In this document: positions 9,159 to 18,590 of the stretch, one piece after another | How positions within the stretch are numbered: position 1 is the first letter of the stretch | How the letters are laid out: each line of letters opens with the position of its first letter | NCBI GenBank assembly: GCA_964412395.1 | Contig: CAYPOY010000001.1 | Coordinates: 1 to 53,115 of the forward strand | Length of the DNA stretch: 53,115 bases | Source of the DNA: an uncultured Anaerolineales bacterium | GTDB taxonomy: Bacteria; Chloroflexota; Anaerolineae; B4-G1 | Direction: 5' to 3' | Position numbers and translations under genes: made by a program | The notes under the pieces: generated by a model | Databases searched by the model: none | What the model was told of the DNA's origin: nothing | Seen by the model: only the letters and a program-made list of their open reading frames with translations

Positions 9159-9938
9159 ATGCGTGCAAAGGCTTTGCTGGTTGCTGTAGTTGCGTTTATC
9201 CTGGCCGCGCTCGCGTGCGGGCCGTCGGGGGCACCGACGTTGGAGCCGGGTGTGTTGGAGACTGCGGTCGCTCAGACGGTGCAGGCGCAGTTGACCACGA
9301 GTGAGCCGACCGATCAACCGCCACCTGAAGTGACGGAGACGCCTCTGCCTGCCATCACGGATACTCCAACTCCGTCATCACCGCCTCCAGTTACTCACAT
9401 GCCCACTCCGACTGTCACTCCCTCTATCCCGACAGATACCCCTACCGTAGTCCAGACTGAAACGCCTGTGTCCTGTGCCATTGACACTGCCTCGGAGTTC
9501 GAGCCCTGGCTTAACGCCCATCCTGAGATCTTGCTTACCCTGGGCTGTCCCGCCGGTGAACGACAGCAGACCTGGGCTGCCGAGGAGTGTTTCCAGCACG
9601 GCCGCATGTTCTGGCAGCAGGACACGGGTATGATCTACATACTCTACGATGGCACTGGCACGTTCCAGATAGAGCCTGACCAGTACGTTGAGGGCGACCC
9701 CGAAGATGCGTGTCCTGAGGTTGGAGATGTGCCAGCAGGACTGTCTAAGCCGGTGCGAGGCTTCAACCGGCAATGGTGCAGCACCGCTGGCGTGCGGGAC
9801 GGGCTAGGCTGGGCTCTGGAGGAAGAGGCGGGCTATGACGCAGTGTGGCAGGAGTTCGATCATGGCTATGTCCTTCAGAGCCGCGCGAATCACGTTTTCA
9901 TCTTCCACGATGATGAAACGTGGGACTACATTGAGTAG
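9159..9938 (+). CDS. Secreted (possibly lipid-anchored) protein with Pro/Thr-rich linker and Cys-containing C-terminal domain; function unknown
   Basis: Signal peptide MRAKALLVAVVAFILAALACGPSG, PT-rich linker (TPLPAITDTPTPSSPPPVTHMPTPTVTPSIPTDTPT), RBS GGAGAGGAGG before the ATG. Confidence 0.7.
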   Translation: MRAKALLVAVVAFILAALACGPSGAPTLEPGVLETAVAQTVQAQLTTSEPTDQPPPEVTETPLPAITDTPTPSSPPPVTHMPTPTVTPSIPTDTPTVVQTETPVSCAIDTASEFEPWLNAHPEILLTLGCPAGERQQTWAAEECFQHGRMFWQQDTGMIYILYDGTGTFQIEPDQYVEGDPEDACPEVGDVPAGLSKPVRGFNRQWCSTAGVRDGLGWALEEEAGYDAVWQEFDHGYVLQSRANHVFIFHDDETWDYIE

Positions 9939-9942
9939 CGGA

Positions 9943-10260
9943 ATGAGTAGCGCAAACCGATCACCATTCTGGTTTTTCTATGCTTTGCGCTGTGCCGATG
10001 GAACGCTCTATGCCGGCGTCACCACCGACCTGGCACGACGCGTGGCTGAGCACAACGCCGGCCGCGGGGCGCGTTATACGGCGGGTCGCCGCCCCGTTAT
10101 GCTCGTCGCTGCCTGGCGCTTCCCCGACCGTGGGGCAGCGCAGCGGGCCGAGGCTCGCTTCCGGCGGTTACCCCGAGCGCGGAAACTGGCGCTGGCCGCG
10201 CAGGGGCTTCCCTTCGAGGGCGCAACCTTCTGTCACGACGAGTGTGCCGCCGACACCTAG
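9943..10260 (+). CDS. GIY-YIG domain protein (small stand-alone nuclease-like, UPF0213/YhbQ-like)
   Basis: FYALRCADGTLYAGVTTDLARRVAEHNAGRGARYT matches the GIY...YIG...R...H/E-N pattern. ORF track 9835..10260 trimmed to ATG 9943, just after the upstream stop at 9936..9938. Confidence 0.8.
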   Translation: MSSANRSPFWFFYALRCADGTLYAGVTTDLARRVAEHNAGRGARYTAGRRPVMLVAAWRFPDRGAAQRAEARFRRLPRARKLALAAQGLPFEGATFCHDECAADT

Positions 10261-10395
10261 TGCCTCCCTGCTCGTTCTTGCCCTCGCTGTGGCGGCTTGC
10301 TGGAGACGGTCGTCCGCCCCGGAGACAATCGCCCACGCCAGGCAAGTGAATCTTGCGTTTCACGCTCTCCCAATTCTGGCGACAGGGAGGAGATT

Positions 10396-11046
10396 ATGAG
10401 AGGTGTTTTTCGCGTCTTCTGGGAGGCGCTAAAGGATTTCTGGGATGAGATGTTCCTCTTGCTGTTGATGAACATCGTCACTGTGCTGCTCGTGATCCCG
10501 GTGGTCACATTTCCGCCAGCGCTGGCCGGGCTGTGGAATGTCGCCAACCTGGTAGCAGGGGGGAGGACCATTGGCTGGAGGGACTACTTCGAGGGCTTCC
10601 GGCGCTATTTCTGGAAGGCATGGGGGTTGGCGCTGCTCAACATTCTGGTGGCTGTCGTTGTGCTCACCAACTTCTGGTTCTACGCGCCGGGCAACGCGCC
10701 ATTTGAGATCAATCCCACTGTGATCCTCTGGATACGTGCGTTTTTCGTGGCGGCGGCGTTCCTGTGGCTGGTCGTCCAGATGTACCCTATGGCATTGCTG
10801 TTGGAACAGGAAGATCAGCGGTTGCGGATGGCCTTGCGCAACGGAGCCGTGCTTTTCATCGCCAACCCTGGCTTCACTATCGTACTGGCGCTGTTACTGT
10901 TGGTAGTGGCTGTCATTAGCACGTTTTTCCCAGTGCTGTGGTTCCTGATCACGTTGGTACTCTTTGCCGTCGTGTGCAACAAGGCTGTGTTGCACCTGCT
11001 GAAGTCGTACCGGGAGCAGCCACAGACAGAAGGGGGAATTGAATAG
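10396..11046 (+). CDS. Integral membrane protein, DUF624/YesL-like
   Basis: MRGVFRVFWEALKDFWDEMFLLLLMNIVTVLL followed by about 5 TM helices. ATG 10396 is preceded by GGGAGGAG. ORF track 10297..11046. Confidence 0.65.
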   Translation: MRGVFRVFWEALKDFWDEMFLLLLMNIVTVLLVIPVVTFPPALAGLWNVANLVAGGRTIGWRDYFEGFRRYFWKAWGLALLNILVAVVVLTNFWFYAPGNAPFEINPTVILWIRAFFVAAAFLWLVVQMYPMALLLEQEDQRLRMALRNGAVLFIANPGFTIVLALLLLVVAVISTFFPVLWFLITLVLFAVVCNKAVLHLLKSYREQPQTEGGIE

Positions 11047-11074
11047 GATTCGCCGACATTGTCAAATCCACCGC

Positions 11075-12877
11075 TCAGCGGCCGGAGCGGAGAACGAGCG
11101 GCAGATGGAGTCGCACCGGGGCGACCAGTACCAGGGCGGTAGCCGTGTCCGTCATGCCGTCGGTCTGGGTGAGGGCGACCATGTTCCAAAGGGCAGTGCG
11201 GGATGGTGCGGCGACGGTGACAACGTAAGTTAGCGTTCCCCGTTCTCCCAGCCCCGGGTTGCCGCTCCAGGCCATGCGGTGAGGGGTGTAGGTCAGGCCG
11301 GGGCTACTGGTAAGGGGCGGATTCACGCCGGTCGGCAGTATATCAGTGAGGGTGAGCGCCTGGTCGCTGCCCACTACGGTCAGGGTATAGGTGACCGTCT
11401 CTCCAGGCATCACGGCTAGAGGCGAGGCTGTCTTATCCACCGTGCCCACTGGATCGCCCCAGTGCACTCGCAGGGTGGGGCGACCCTCGGCGTTCCAGTC
11501 GTCGGTTTCAGATGAGGTCAGGTATTTGCTGCTGTGCTGGTCGGCGTCAGAGCCGTAGATTGCCAGGCTCACTGGACGGTCTGCGGCGTAGGCTTCGGCC
11601 ACAGCCTGAGTAGCATCCCAATGATAGGGAGTACCTGGCCAGCCAGGGAAAGAGGTGAGGGGATCAACCCAGGTTGCGGCGACGTTCTCCTGCGCCGGCG
11701 GGGCGTTGTTCCAGTGGGTGGTCACCTCCTCCCACGGATCGGTAATGGTGAAGAGGTGCACCCACGAAGGTTTCGCCTGACCGGGGGTGCCAGCGTTGCC
11801 CCAATGATGAAGGGTCAGGGTGGCAGAGATGATCACCTTACCTGGCGGGATGGCGTCGAGAGAAAAGCGCAGATAGGATTTGTTGAAGCAGGGAAAGTGC
11901 GTTGGGGCGGTTTCGGTACCGACGAAAAGGCTGGTATCGTCACCGTGGTTGATTTCACTGCCTCCTTCGTGACCACCGCTGCATGTCCCACCGCCACCTA
12001 TCCATGTGTCCTCGACCGTGTTATCCTCCGGTGAGGCAGCACGGATTGTCGTCGTGCTTTCTGAGACAGCAAGGGGGGGCTGGTAATCGGCATAGCCAAA
12101 GTGCAGTTCGCTCCAGGTCACAGGACTGTTGGTGTCAAAAGTCTCTGGCCAGTGCTCCGGCGCGACGTGGCCGGCGGGCGGTTCGTCGTCCCGGTCATAG
12201 AGCTGCACGCCCAACCCCCATAGTGTCCCCTCGGGTGGCGGGCCCAAAAGCCCTAACGTCTCCCAGGGGATGGTGAAAATGGCTGTCCAGCCAAAGTCAA
12301 TGCCACACGCGTTGCTGTTGGGGCCGGGGTCGCACGACCACTGCATCGCTTCATAGTCGGTCCACTCGTCTGTCCAGCTAGTGTCCCAACCAGTGCCGGT
12401 GCCACGGGCCTGGCGGTGATATTGGGTTGCATTGTCGTTAGGCCAGTGATGGGCGCCAACCAGGAAGGTGTAATCGTCTGGTTGCGGCGTTGCCGCCCGG
12501 TCGTGGTTGGTATCCAGGTAAATTGCGACGGCATCGTATTGCGTCAGGTCATCGGTAGTGGTTGGGTTCACTTTGTACCAGAGGTAGTAGTCCACGATGG
12601 TGACGCGGGCGCGGAGCGCCTCGGCCATGTAGGCCGCGCGCACGTCAGCGTAATTTTCGCTGGGCACGCCTTGTTCGTTCTTGCCCAACCAAAAGATGGC
12701 AGTTTGTGCCCAGGTCACCTCGTCGGGGAAGTAAGGGATGTTCACGCGACGGGGCGGGTCGGGGGCCTGGGCGTTGGCCGGAGTTGGGAACAGGCACGGC
12801 CTGGTGAGCAGCGAAACCAGCAAACAAATGACCGATCCTGAGTGCCCAACCAGTGGTTGTGATCGGGTTTTGTTCAT
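11075..12877 (-). CDS. Secreted carbohydrate-binding-module-like protein (CBM9/DOMON-like N-terminus, DNRLRE-like beta-sandwich, DUF11-like domain, C-terminal HLPLVLRSGR)
   Basis: ORF track 11075..13009, trimmed to MNKTRSQPLVGHSGSVICLLVSLLTRPCLFPTPANAQA (signal peptide, ATG 12877) because the upstream gene ends at 12898. SYLRFSLDAIPPGKVIISATLTLHHWGN is DNRLRE-like. GETVTYTLTV is DUF11-like. Confidence 0.72.
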   Translation of the reverse strand: MNKTRSQPLVGHSGSVICLLVSLLTRPCLFPTPANAQAPDPPRRVNIPYFPDEVTWAQTAIFWLGKNEQGVPSENYADVRAAYMAEALRARVTIVDYYLWYKVNPTTTDDLTQYDAVAIYLDTNHDRAATPQPDDYTFLVGAHHWPNDNATQYHRQARGTGTGWDTSWTDEWTDYEAMQWSCDPGPNSNACGIDFGWTAIFTIPWETLGLLGPPPEGTLWGLGVQLYDRDDEPPAGHVAPEHWPETFDTNSPVTWSELHFGYADYQPPLAVSESTTTIRAASPEDNTVEDTWIGGGGTCSGGHEGGSEINHGDDTSLFVGTETAPTHFPCFNKSYLRFSLDAIPPGKVIISATLTLHHWGNAGTPGQAKPSWVHLFTITDPWEEVTTHWNNAPPAQENVAATWVDPLTSFPGWPGTPYHWDATQAVAEAYAADRPVSLAIYGSDADQHSSKYLTSSETDDWNAEGRPTLRVHWGDPVGTVDKTASPLAVMPGETVTYTLTVVGSDQALTLTDILPTGVNPPLTSSPGLTYTPHRMAWSGNPGLGERGTLTYVVTVAAPSRTALWNMVALTQTDGMTDTATALVLVAPVRLHLPLVLRSGR

Positions 12878-12897
12878 TGCACCGTTCCTCCACCTTG

Positions 12898-15186
12898 TTA
12901 CTCCCTCATTATCAAAGGCAGATAGACGCGCGTGCCACCAATCATCAGGCTGATATTGGCAGTCTGCGTAAAGCCGCCGCCGGTGGCAGTAGTGGGGATG
13001 GTGTACCACAGGCCGGGCAGGAGCATCGTGCCCGTGTGGCAGTCGGTGACGGTGAGGGTGGTCTGGCCGAGCGGGATGATGGCGGTGGGGGCCAGGCTAA
13101 GGGTCAGGCTGGGCGATGGGCTGGCGGCAACCAAAGTGACGGTAGCGGTGAAGCCGCCAATAGGCTGTACCCCGATGGTGTACGTGGCGATGCCGCCGGG
13201 AGAGATGGCACGGGCGGGTGGAAGAATGGTCAGGGTGAAGCCGTAACCGGGGTACTCAAAGGCCCCGATGTCGGGGGCGGTGCCGATGTAGTCGTCGTTG
13301 ATGCCGGGGATGACGACGCCGGCGTCAATCAGGTCGCTGGTGGAGTCCAGAGTGTAATCGCCGCTCCCCGCGCCGGCGAAGCCGGGTTCGACGTCAAGGC
13401 CGTGGGGCTCCTGTCCGGTCAGCGACTGGAAGGTAGCCAGGTCGCGCATGTGCCGGTTGGAGCCACTGCCCCAGTAGACGAATTCGTCGGGGTTGGTGGT
13501 GTACAGGTCATCGTAGTCAAAATCTATCGGCTGGGTCTCGTTGTAGTTGTTGAGCGCGTAGTCGGTGCCCGACCAGATGTTGTTGCGAGCGTAGATGATC
13601 TCCCACGTTCCTGGCGCTTTGATATAGATGCCGTTGTTGCTGGGCAGGGCAGCGTCGGCGGTGTTGTGGAAGAGGATCATCGGGCCGGATTTATCGTAGC
13701 CGCTGTTGAACTTGAAAGGGCTGCCAGTGTAGTCGTTGTTGCCCACGCCGGTGCGGTAGATGAGGTTGCGGATGACGTAAACCGGACCGGTGTAGACCGG
13801 GGCCAGGGAGATGCCCATCAGCACATCGTGGAAGGTGTTGCCCCATAGGCGCACGTTGCTGCACTGGCCGTCGGTTTCTATTCCGTCGTCTCCGGCGCGG
13901 TAGACCAGGTTCTCGTAAAAGTCGGTCTCGTTGGTCACACCGGCCGTCTCCGATGGGCAAATCCCCAGCCCATCGAAATAGTCGTGGAAGGTGTTGCGGC
14001 GAATGACGTTGCCGCGGCCGGTGGCTGGGTCGTAGAAGCCCACGCCGCCCGTCTCCAGGTCGCTGCCGCCCTTGACTGCGTCCCAGGGCCAGTCGAAGTC
14101 AGTGTCGTAGAACTCGCTTTCCTGGATGACGTTGCGGTGGGAGGCGCGCTTGATGCCGATGCCCAGGTCGTTGACTGCAAAGATACATCCCTGCACCATG
14201 TTGTCGTTGGCGTTGTTGAAATAGATGGCTTTGGCCCAGTTCCCCTGCCCGTAGTGGCGGAAGGTCAGGTTGACGAAGTAGACGTAGTCTTGCTCGACGT
14301 AGAAAGCATTGTTGTAGCGGGAGACGACCACCGTGGCGTTGTTGGGGTCGGCGTCCCCTGCCAGGCGGGCGTAGAGCGCCGTGCCGTCGGCGTAAAAGCC
14401 GGGGATGCCCCAACTCTGGTCTTGCAGGTCGGAGAGACTCTGGTAGGGGTAGAGCCGCTCGCCATTGACCGTGATCAGGTGAGTGTCGGCCACGTTGACG
14501 GTGGTGCGGTAGACACCGCCGCCTTGGGCTGCCCAGGTGAAGGTAGCCTGGTCGGCGCCGTCCAGCACCGCTGTCTCGCCATCGTAGCCCCGGATGACGA
14601 TGGGCGCGCCCGATGTGCCGGAGCGGGGGAGGGAGACCTCTCCCTGGTGGTAGATGCCGTCCCGCAGGACGACCTCATCGCCAGCCTCGGCCTGACTCAA
14701 TCCTTCCTCCAGCGAGCAGGGCGCGGCCTCGCTACACGCCGTCCCGTTGCCGTCAGGGGCGACGTAGTAGGAGTGGTTCGGCGTGGGGATGGCGATTTCG
14801 GCACGGGTGGAGGCAGTGCCCGCCACGGTCACGCCGTGGAGCGATCCGTCGGGGTCGTCGAAGGTGACGCGCACGTCGTAGGCAGTGCCCGGCTCCAGCC
14901 AGAAGAGGCTGCCGACGAAGCGGGTATCAGCGACGCGGGAGAGGGGAAAGCCCTGGCGGTAGGGCACGCTCCCGCTGACGCGGTACTCGACGCTGGCGGT
15001 GGCGTCGCCGTCGGGATCGTCGGAGGTGGTGATGGTGACGATGACGCCCATCGCGTGGAAGGTGCCGTAGAGTTCCAACGAGGCAGCGGCGCGAACGGGA
15101 GATGGAGACGGCGCCAGAAGGCCCATCGGGAGGGCCAAAAGTAGGAGGTTTCGCCGAATTCTCACCGTCTGTCTCCTTTGTCTCAC
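12898..15186 (-). CDS. Secreted right-handed parallel beta-helix (pectate-lyase-fold) protein with C-terminal Ig/DUF11-like domain and YLPLIMRE tail
   Basis: 762 aa. Signal peptide MRQRRQTVRIRRNLLLLALPMGLLAPSPSPVRAAAS. Repeated N/G-rich beta-helix rungs (NNANDNMVQGCIF, NVIQESEFYD, NVIRRNTFHD, NVRLWGNTFHD, YVIRNLIY). The tail is a beta-sandwich domain ending GGTRVYLPLIMRE. Confidence 0.8.
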   Translation of the reverse strand: MRQRRQTVRIRRNLLLLALPMGLLAPSPSPVRAAASLELYGTFHAMGVIVTITTSDDPDGDATASVEYRVSGSVPYRQGFPLSRVADTRFVGSLFWLEPGTAYDVRVTFDDPDGSLHGVTVAGTASTRAEIAIPTPNHSYYVAPDGNGTACSEAAPCSLEEGLSQAEAGDEVVLRDGIYHQGEVSLPRSGTSGAPIVIRGYDGETAVLDGADQATFTWAAQGGGVYRTTVNVADTHLITVNGERLYPYQSLSDLQDQSWGIPGFYADGTALYARLAGDADPNNATVVVSRYNNAFYVEQDYVYFVNLTFRHYGQGNWAKAIYFNNANDNMVQGCIFAVNDLGIGIKRASHRNVIQESEFYDTDFDWPWDAVKGGSDLETGGVGFYDPATGRGNVIRRNTFHDYFDGLGICPSETAGVTNETDFYENLVYRAGDDGIETDGQCSNVRLWGNTFHDVLMGISLAPVYTGPVYVIRNLIYRTGVGNNDYTGSPFKFNSGYDKSGPMILFHNTADAALPSNNGIYIKAPGTWEIIYARNNIWSGTDYALNNYNETQPIDFDYDDLYTTNPDEFVYWGSGSNRHMRDLATFQSLTGQEPHGLDVEPGFAGAGSGDYTLDSTSDLIDAGVVIPGINDDYIGTAPDIGAFEYPGYGFTLTILPPARAISPGGIATYTIGVQPIGGFTATVTLVAASPSPSLTLSLAPTAIIPLGQTTLTVTDCHTGTMLLPGLWYTIPTTATGGGFTQTANISLMIGGTRVYLPLIMRE

Positions 15187-15290
15187 TCCCTACGAATGAG
15201 CGGCAGGTAGACCGGGTAGCCGTTGGCGATGGCCACCGACTGCCGTTGCCACACGTTGCCCAGGCCATCGTCTATTTCTCTATCTCTCCT

Positions 15291-17030
15291 TCAAGGGCCG
15301 TTTCTCAGCACCAGGGGCAGGTAGATGCTATGCCAGTTGGTGCGTACCGTGGCCGTGCGGGTGATGGTCTGGTAGCCCGGCGCGGCGATGACTGCTGTGT
15401 TGGTGATGATTTGGGGGAGGATGACGGTGGCGGTGCCGGAGAGGGTGTAGGTGACGGTGGCGGCGTAGGTGACGGTGATGAGCGGGGTGGGGGTCAGGAC
15501 GCCAGACCAGGTCAGTGTGGGGGCCATCATGGCGTTGATAATGCCGCTCGTGGCGGTCAGGGTCCCAGGCACGTAGACCAACCCATTCTGGATGACGTCA
15601 GTGAGGAGAACGGTTTCATGCAGCGGGCCAGTGTTGTTGCGGATGCCAACGGTGTAGGTAACGCGCTCGCCATAGGAGGCGTATCGGGAAGAAATGGCCT
15701 TGTAGGAGGGGGTGAGGTCAGGGTAATTGGGGGGTAGCATTACTGTGACCGTGGCCGTGCGGGTGATGGTCTGGTAGCCCGGCGCGGCGATGACAGCGCT
15801 GTTGGTGATGACCTGGGGCGCGGTGGCGCTCACGGTGACGGCGTAGGTGACGGTGACGGCAGGGGTGGAGGTCAGGGCGCCGAACCAGTGCAGGGAAGGG
15901 GCGTAGGTATCTGTGACGGTGCCTGCCGTGGCAGTGAGGGTGCCGGGGACGTAGGAGAGACCTGTGGGCACCTCGTCGCTCAGGTAGATGGTGGCGGTGA
16001 GGGGGGCAGCGAGGTCCTGGATAACGACGGTGTAGGTGATGGTCTGGCCGTGCACCGCTGTTTCCGTTGAAGCGGTCTTTTGCGACGTGCTCTCACCACT
16101 GATAAAAGCATTCCATACGCTGTCAATGAAATTGTCCGGCTTGGTGGCAAAAATCTGGGTTGAGTTGGCATTGGCCGTGCTATTGGGATGCGAGTCGCCA
16201 CTGGTGCCGCCGTACTCTTCCTTAAGGCGGTTCGGATGTTCGGCGTGGTCATCGGGGTAAGCCAACACGGCGAACCAGTCAAAGATGGCGACGTTGTTTA
16301 ATCCCGGGTGGGCTGCGTTGTAGCCCGCCCGCCAGTCGTTCTTGAGCCAGTTGTTGAACTCGCGAGCGCGATGGGCCTCGGCATCGTTGGTGGCATCGGA
16401 GGGGGCGTAGTGACGGGGCGGAGCGGTGACGGGGATAAACAGCGTGTCGGGATTCTCGGCAAAGATGTCTTCCAGGGGCTTGTACGTATAGCCACTGCGG
16501 GGGTACGTATGACCCGGACCGTCTGGATGGCGATAGACGGCTTTGTAGTTGGCAGTGGTTTGCGCACTGCTGAAGGGATCTCCTGGCTCAGTGCCATCGC
16601 TGCTGATGTTACTGATCGGGTAGCAACTCTTGAACATGATGATTCTGTTGAAGCCATCGGCACTACCGTGGCTTTTCACACCGTCAAGGTAGTCGTTGAA
16701 CCAAAGGATCCAGTGATTCATGTTTGTGTTGTCGCCCGGTGTGCCTCCCAGCGAGGCTGGCCGTCCGGCGTCGGGTGCCATACTGGTGCCGTAGTAGATG
16801 TCATTGCGTTCGTCAATGTAGTCCTTGGCGAGCAGTGCATCGTGCAGGCTATTGCTGAGCCAGTTATTGCCACAGGAATGGTGAATGAAAACCAGATCGT
16901 CATCGGTGGCGGCAGGGTAAACGTCGCCCTGGGCACTGGCGCCGAACAGCGTGACGGCGCTCACTGTCCCGCTCAACGTCATTAGCAGAACCAGGACGGA
17001 AATCAGTCTGAAGAACCTCTGCGTTTTCAT
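15291..17030 (-). CDS. Secreted protein: unknown N-terminal domain + two DUF11-like repeats + C-terminal IYLPLVLRNGP
   Basis: 579 aa. Signal peptide MKTQRFFRLISVLVLLMTLSGTVSA. Two ~134-aa repeats each end AVIAAPGYQTITRTATV, with a 47-bp perfect nucleotide repeat at 15346..15392 and 15748..15794. Confidence 0.75.
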   Translation of the reverse strand: MKTQRFFRLISVLVLLMTLSGTVSAVTLFGASAQGDVYPAATDDDLVFIHHSCGNNWLSNSLHDALLAKDYIDERNDIYYGTSMAPDAGRPASLGGTPGDNTNMNHWILWFNDYLDGVKSHGSADGFNRIIMFKSCYPISNISSDGTEPGDPFSSAQTTANYKAVYRHPDGPGHTYPRSGYTYKPLEDIFAENPDTLFIPVTAPPRHYAPSDATNDAEAHRAREFNNWLKNDWRAGYNAAHPGLNNVAIFDWFAVLAYPDDHAEHPNRLKEEYGGTSGDSHPNSTANANSTQIFATKPDNFIDSVWNAFISGESTSQKTASTETAVHGQTITYTVVIQDLAAPLTATIYLSDEVPTGLSYVPGTLTATAGTVTDTYAPSLHWFGALTSTPAVTVTYAVTVSATAPQVITNSAVIAAPGYQTITRTATVTVMLPPNYPDLTPSYKAISSRYASYGERVTYTVGIRNNTGPLHETVLLTDVIQNGLVYVPGTLTATSGIINAMMAPTLTWSGVLTPTPLITVTYAATVTYTLSGTATVILPQIITNTAVIAAPGYQTITRTATVRTNWHSIYLPLVLRNGP

Positions 17031-17129
17031 CTTGTGTCTCCTTTGTCATTGGACTTTGGGTAAAGTTGAAGAAACCCGTTTTCTGACGACTTTAGATGAA
17101 GCCGACCAACCCCCGCCTGTAGTGTCGTT

Positions 17130-18407
17130 TTACTTGCTGGCTAACTTCTCTGCCAGTTCCGCAGGCGTTGCAGCCGTGATGGGCTTGTACTCGACACCGG
17201 GATAGTATTGCTTGTAGAAATCCTCCAAACTCAGAGGGCCGGGCCACTTCTGCGGATTGACCGCGATCACGCACCGCACATCCAGGTCACCGATGCCCGC
17301 GTCGGCGGCGCTGCTGCCGATGGTGTAGTGCTTCTCATCCCACGCGCCCTCCACCACAGCACGCGTCCAGGTGGCATCTGCGTTGGGGGGGAGCAACACA
17401 TAGGTGCGCTTGTACTGAGCGCGGGGATGTCCACGGGGCTTCTCATCCTCGCCACCGGGCTCGCCATACACAAAGGGCTTGGCCGGATCTGCCTGCGTAT
17501 GCATGATCAGTTCCTGGGCCACATCCGTCCCGGCTACGTCGAAATCCGACCAGGGTCGGCCGAAACTGCCCCAGGTGAAGATGGTTGCGCCGATGACGTA
17601 ATCGTCCTTTTGCAGTTCCTTGTCGTACCAGACCAATTGTCGGAAGTAGTAGTCAGCTTTGTTCGGCTCGTTGTCGTGCCTGGCCCAGAAGCCGCCCAGT
17701 TGTCGCCACGTCCCACCCGTTTCCACCCCCGGCGGTTTGGGATTCACCAGCGGATCAATGCCGCACTCGGTGATCACCAGTGGCACGTCACCCAACCCCT
17801 TGGGGATCAAGTGCTGGCGGTAGACCTTACGGTAACGCAGTGTTGTCCAGCCCTCGTCCCCTTGGTCAGCGTCGGGGTCCAGTTGGTACTTCCCCGTCAT
17901 CCACCACATCCAGGGACAACTGTACTCGTGGAGGCCGAGGATGGCCTGATACTGCCTGGTAGCCCGAAGGGCCGGGAAGAAGGCAGGCCAGAGAGCCAGG
18001 TCCGGCGTACCGGTGGCGAAATTCCCAATCACGCACTTTAGCCCCAGGTCGGCCATAAGCCGCATCCGTTCCACCTCGAGCTGGGCGTACCAGCCCATTT
18101 CCTCATCGGTGTTCCATATTGGCTCGTTGTGTCCTTCCCAGTACGTGATGCGGGGATTGGATTGGTACGTTCCCAGTTGGTCCTGGACGAACTGCTGCGC
18201 CGCCTCGAGGGGCGTCTTCCCGCTGGCTTTCTGGAGTTGGGCGTCATAGTCTGCTTGATGCTTGCGGCCAATCACCAGAATATCCTCCGGGATATTCTGC
18301 GCCAGTCCCCAGTCGCCCACTAGTTTGATCACTGCCGGGCCAGCCTGGATGTAATCACCCAGATTCGCGGCAGCCCGCAGGACGTGGACACCCAATTTAG
18401 TAGGCAT
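17130..18407 (-). CDS. Clan GH-A (TIM-barrel) glycoside hydrolase-like protein, no signal peptide
   Basis: WEGHNEP (acid/base NEP motif) and PLVITECGID (nucleophile TE-G motif). Start trimmed to ATG 18407 (MPTKLGVHVL), preceded by AAGGAGGAG. ORF track 17130..18461. Confidence 0.72.
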   Translation of the reverse strand: MPTKLGVHVLRAAANLGDYIQAGPAVIKLVGDWGLAQNIPEDILVIGRKHQADYDAQLQKASGKTPLEAAQQFVQDQLGTYQSNPRITYWEGHNEPIWNTDEEMGWYAQLEVERMRLMADLGLKCVIGNFATGTPDLALWPAFFPALRATRQYQAILGLHEYSCPWMWWMTGKYQLDPDADQGDEGWTTLRYRKVYRQHLIPKGLGDVPLVITECGIDPLVNPKPPGVETGGTWRQLGGFWARHDNEPNKADYYFRQLVWYDKELQKDDYVIGATIFTWGSFGRPWSDFDVAGTDVAQELIMHTQADPAKPFVYGEPGGEDEKPRGHPRAQYKRTYVLLPPNADATWTRAVVEGAWDEKHYTIGSSAADAGIGDLDVRCVIAVNPQKWPGPLSLEDFYKQYYPGVEYKPITAATPAELAEKLASK

Positions 18408-18518
18408 TGTGCTCCTCCTTTTTTCTGGCTGTGGACAGTTGGCGGTTGGTTTCTGAGCCAACCGCTCATTGCTAACTGCTGACCTGGAGTGTACTACGAA
18501 ATGGCTTTGGTGGCAAGG

Positions 18519-18546
18519 TTGGCACGCCCCAGGCTCATGGTATAAT
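18519..18546 (+). promoter_or_regulatory. Sigma70-type promoter with extended -10 (TTGGCA-16-TGgTATAAT)
   Basis: TTGGCA at 18519..18524, TGGTATAAT at 18538..18546, 45 nt upstream of the ABC-F start. Confidence 0.55.
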
Positions 18547-18590
18547 ACCTGCCGATACCGTCAGAGCCAAAGCATGCAACACATTTTTTC

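Noticed and set aside
12853-15144. Large plus-strand ORFs 12853..13848 and 13984..15144 (331 and 386 aa)
   Set aside because: These are Gly/Val/Asp/Ala-rich mirror-strand ORFs of the beta-helix gene, typical of GC-rich DNA. They have no start context or domain motifs. The same reasoning rejects 23414..24163(-), 24308..25423(-), 30694..31398(+), 35498..36433(-), 40412..41422(+), 42359..43009(+) and 51410..51925(+).
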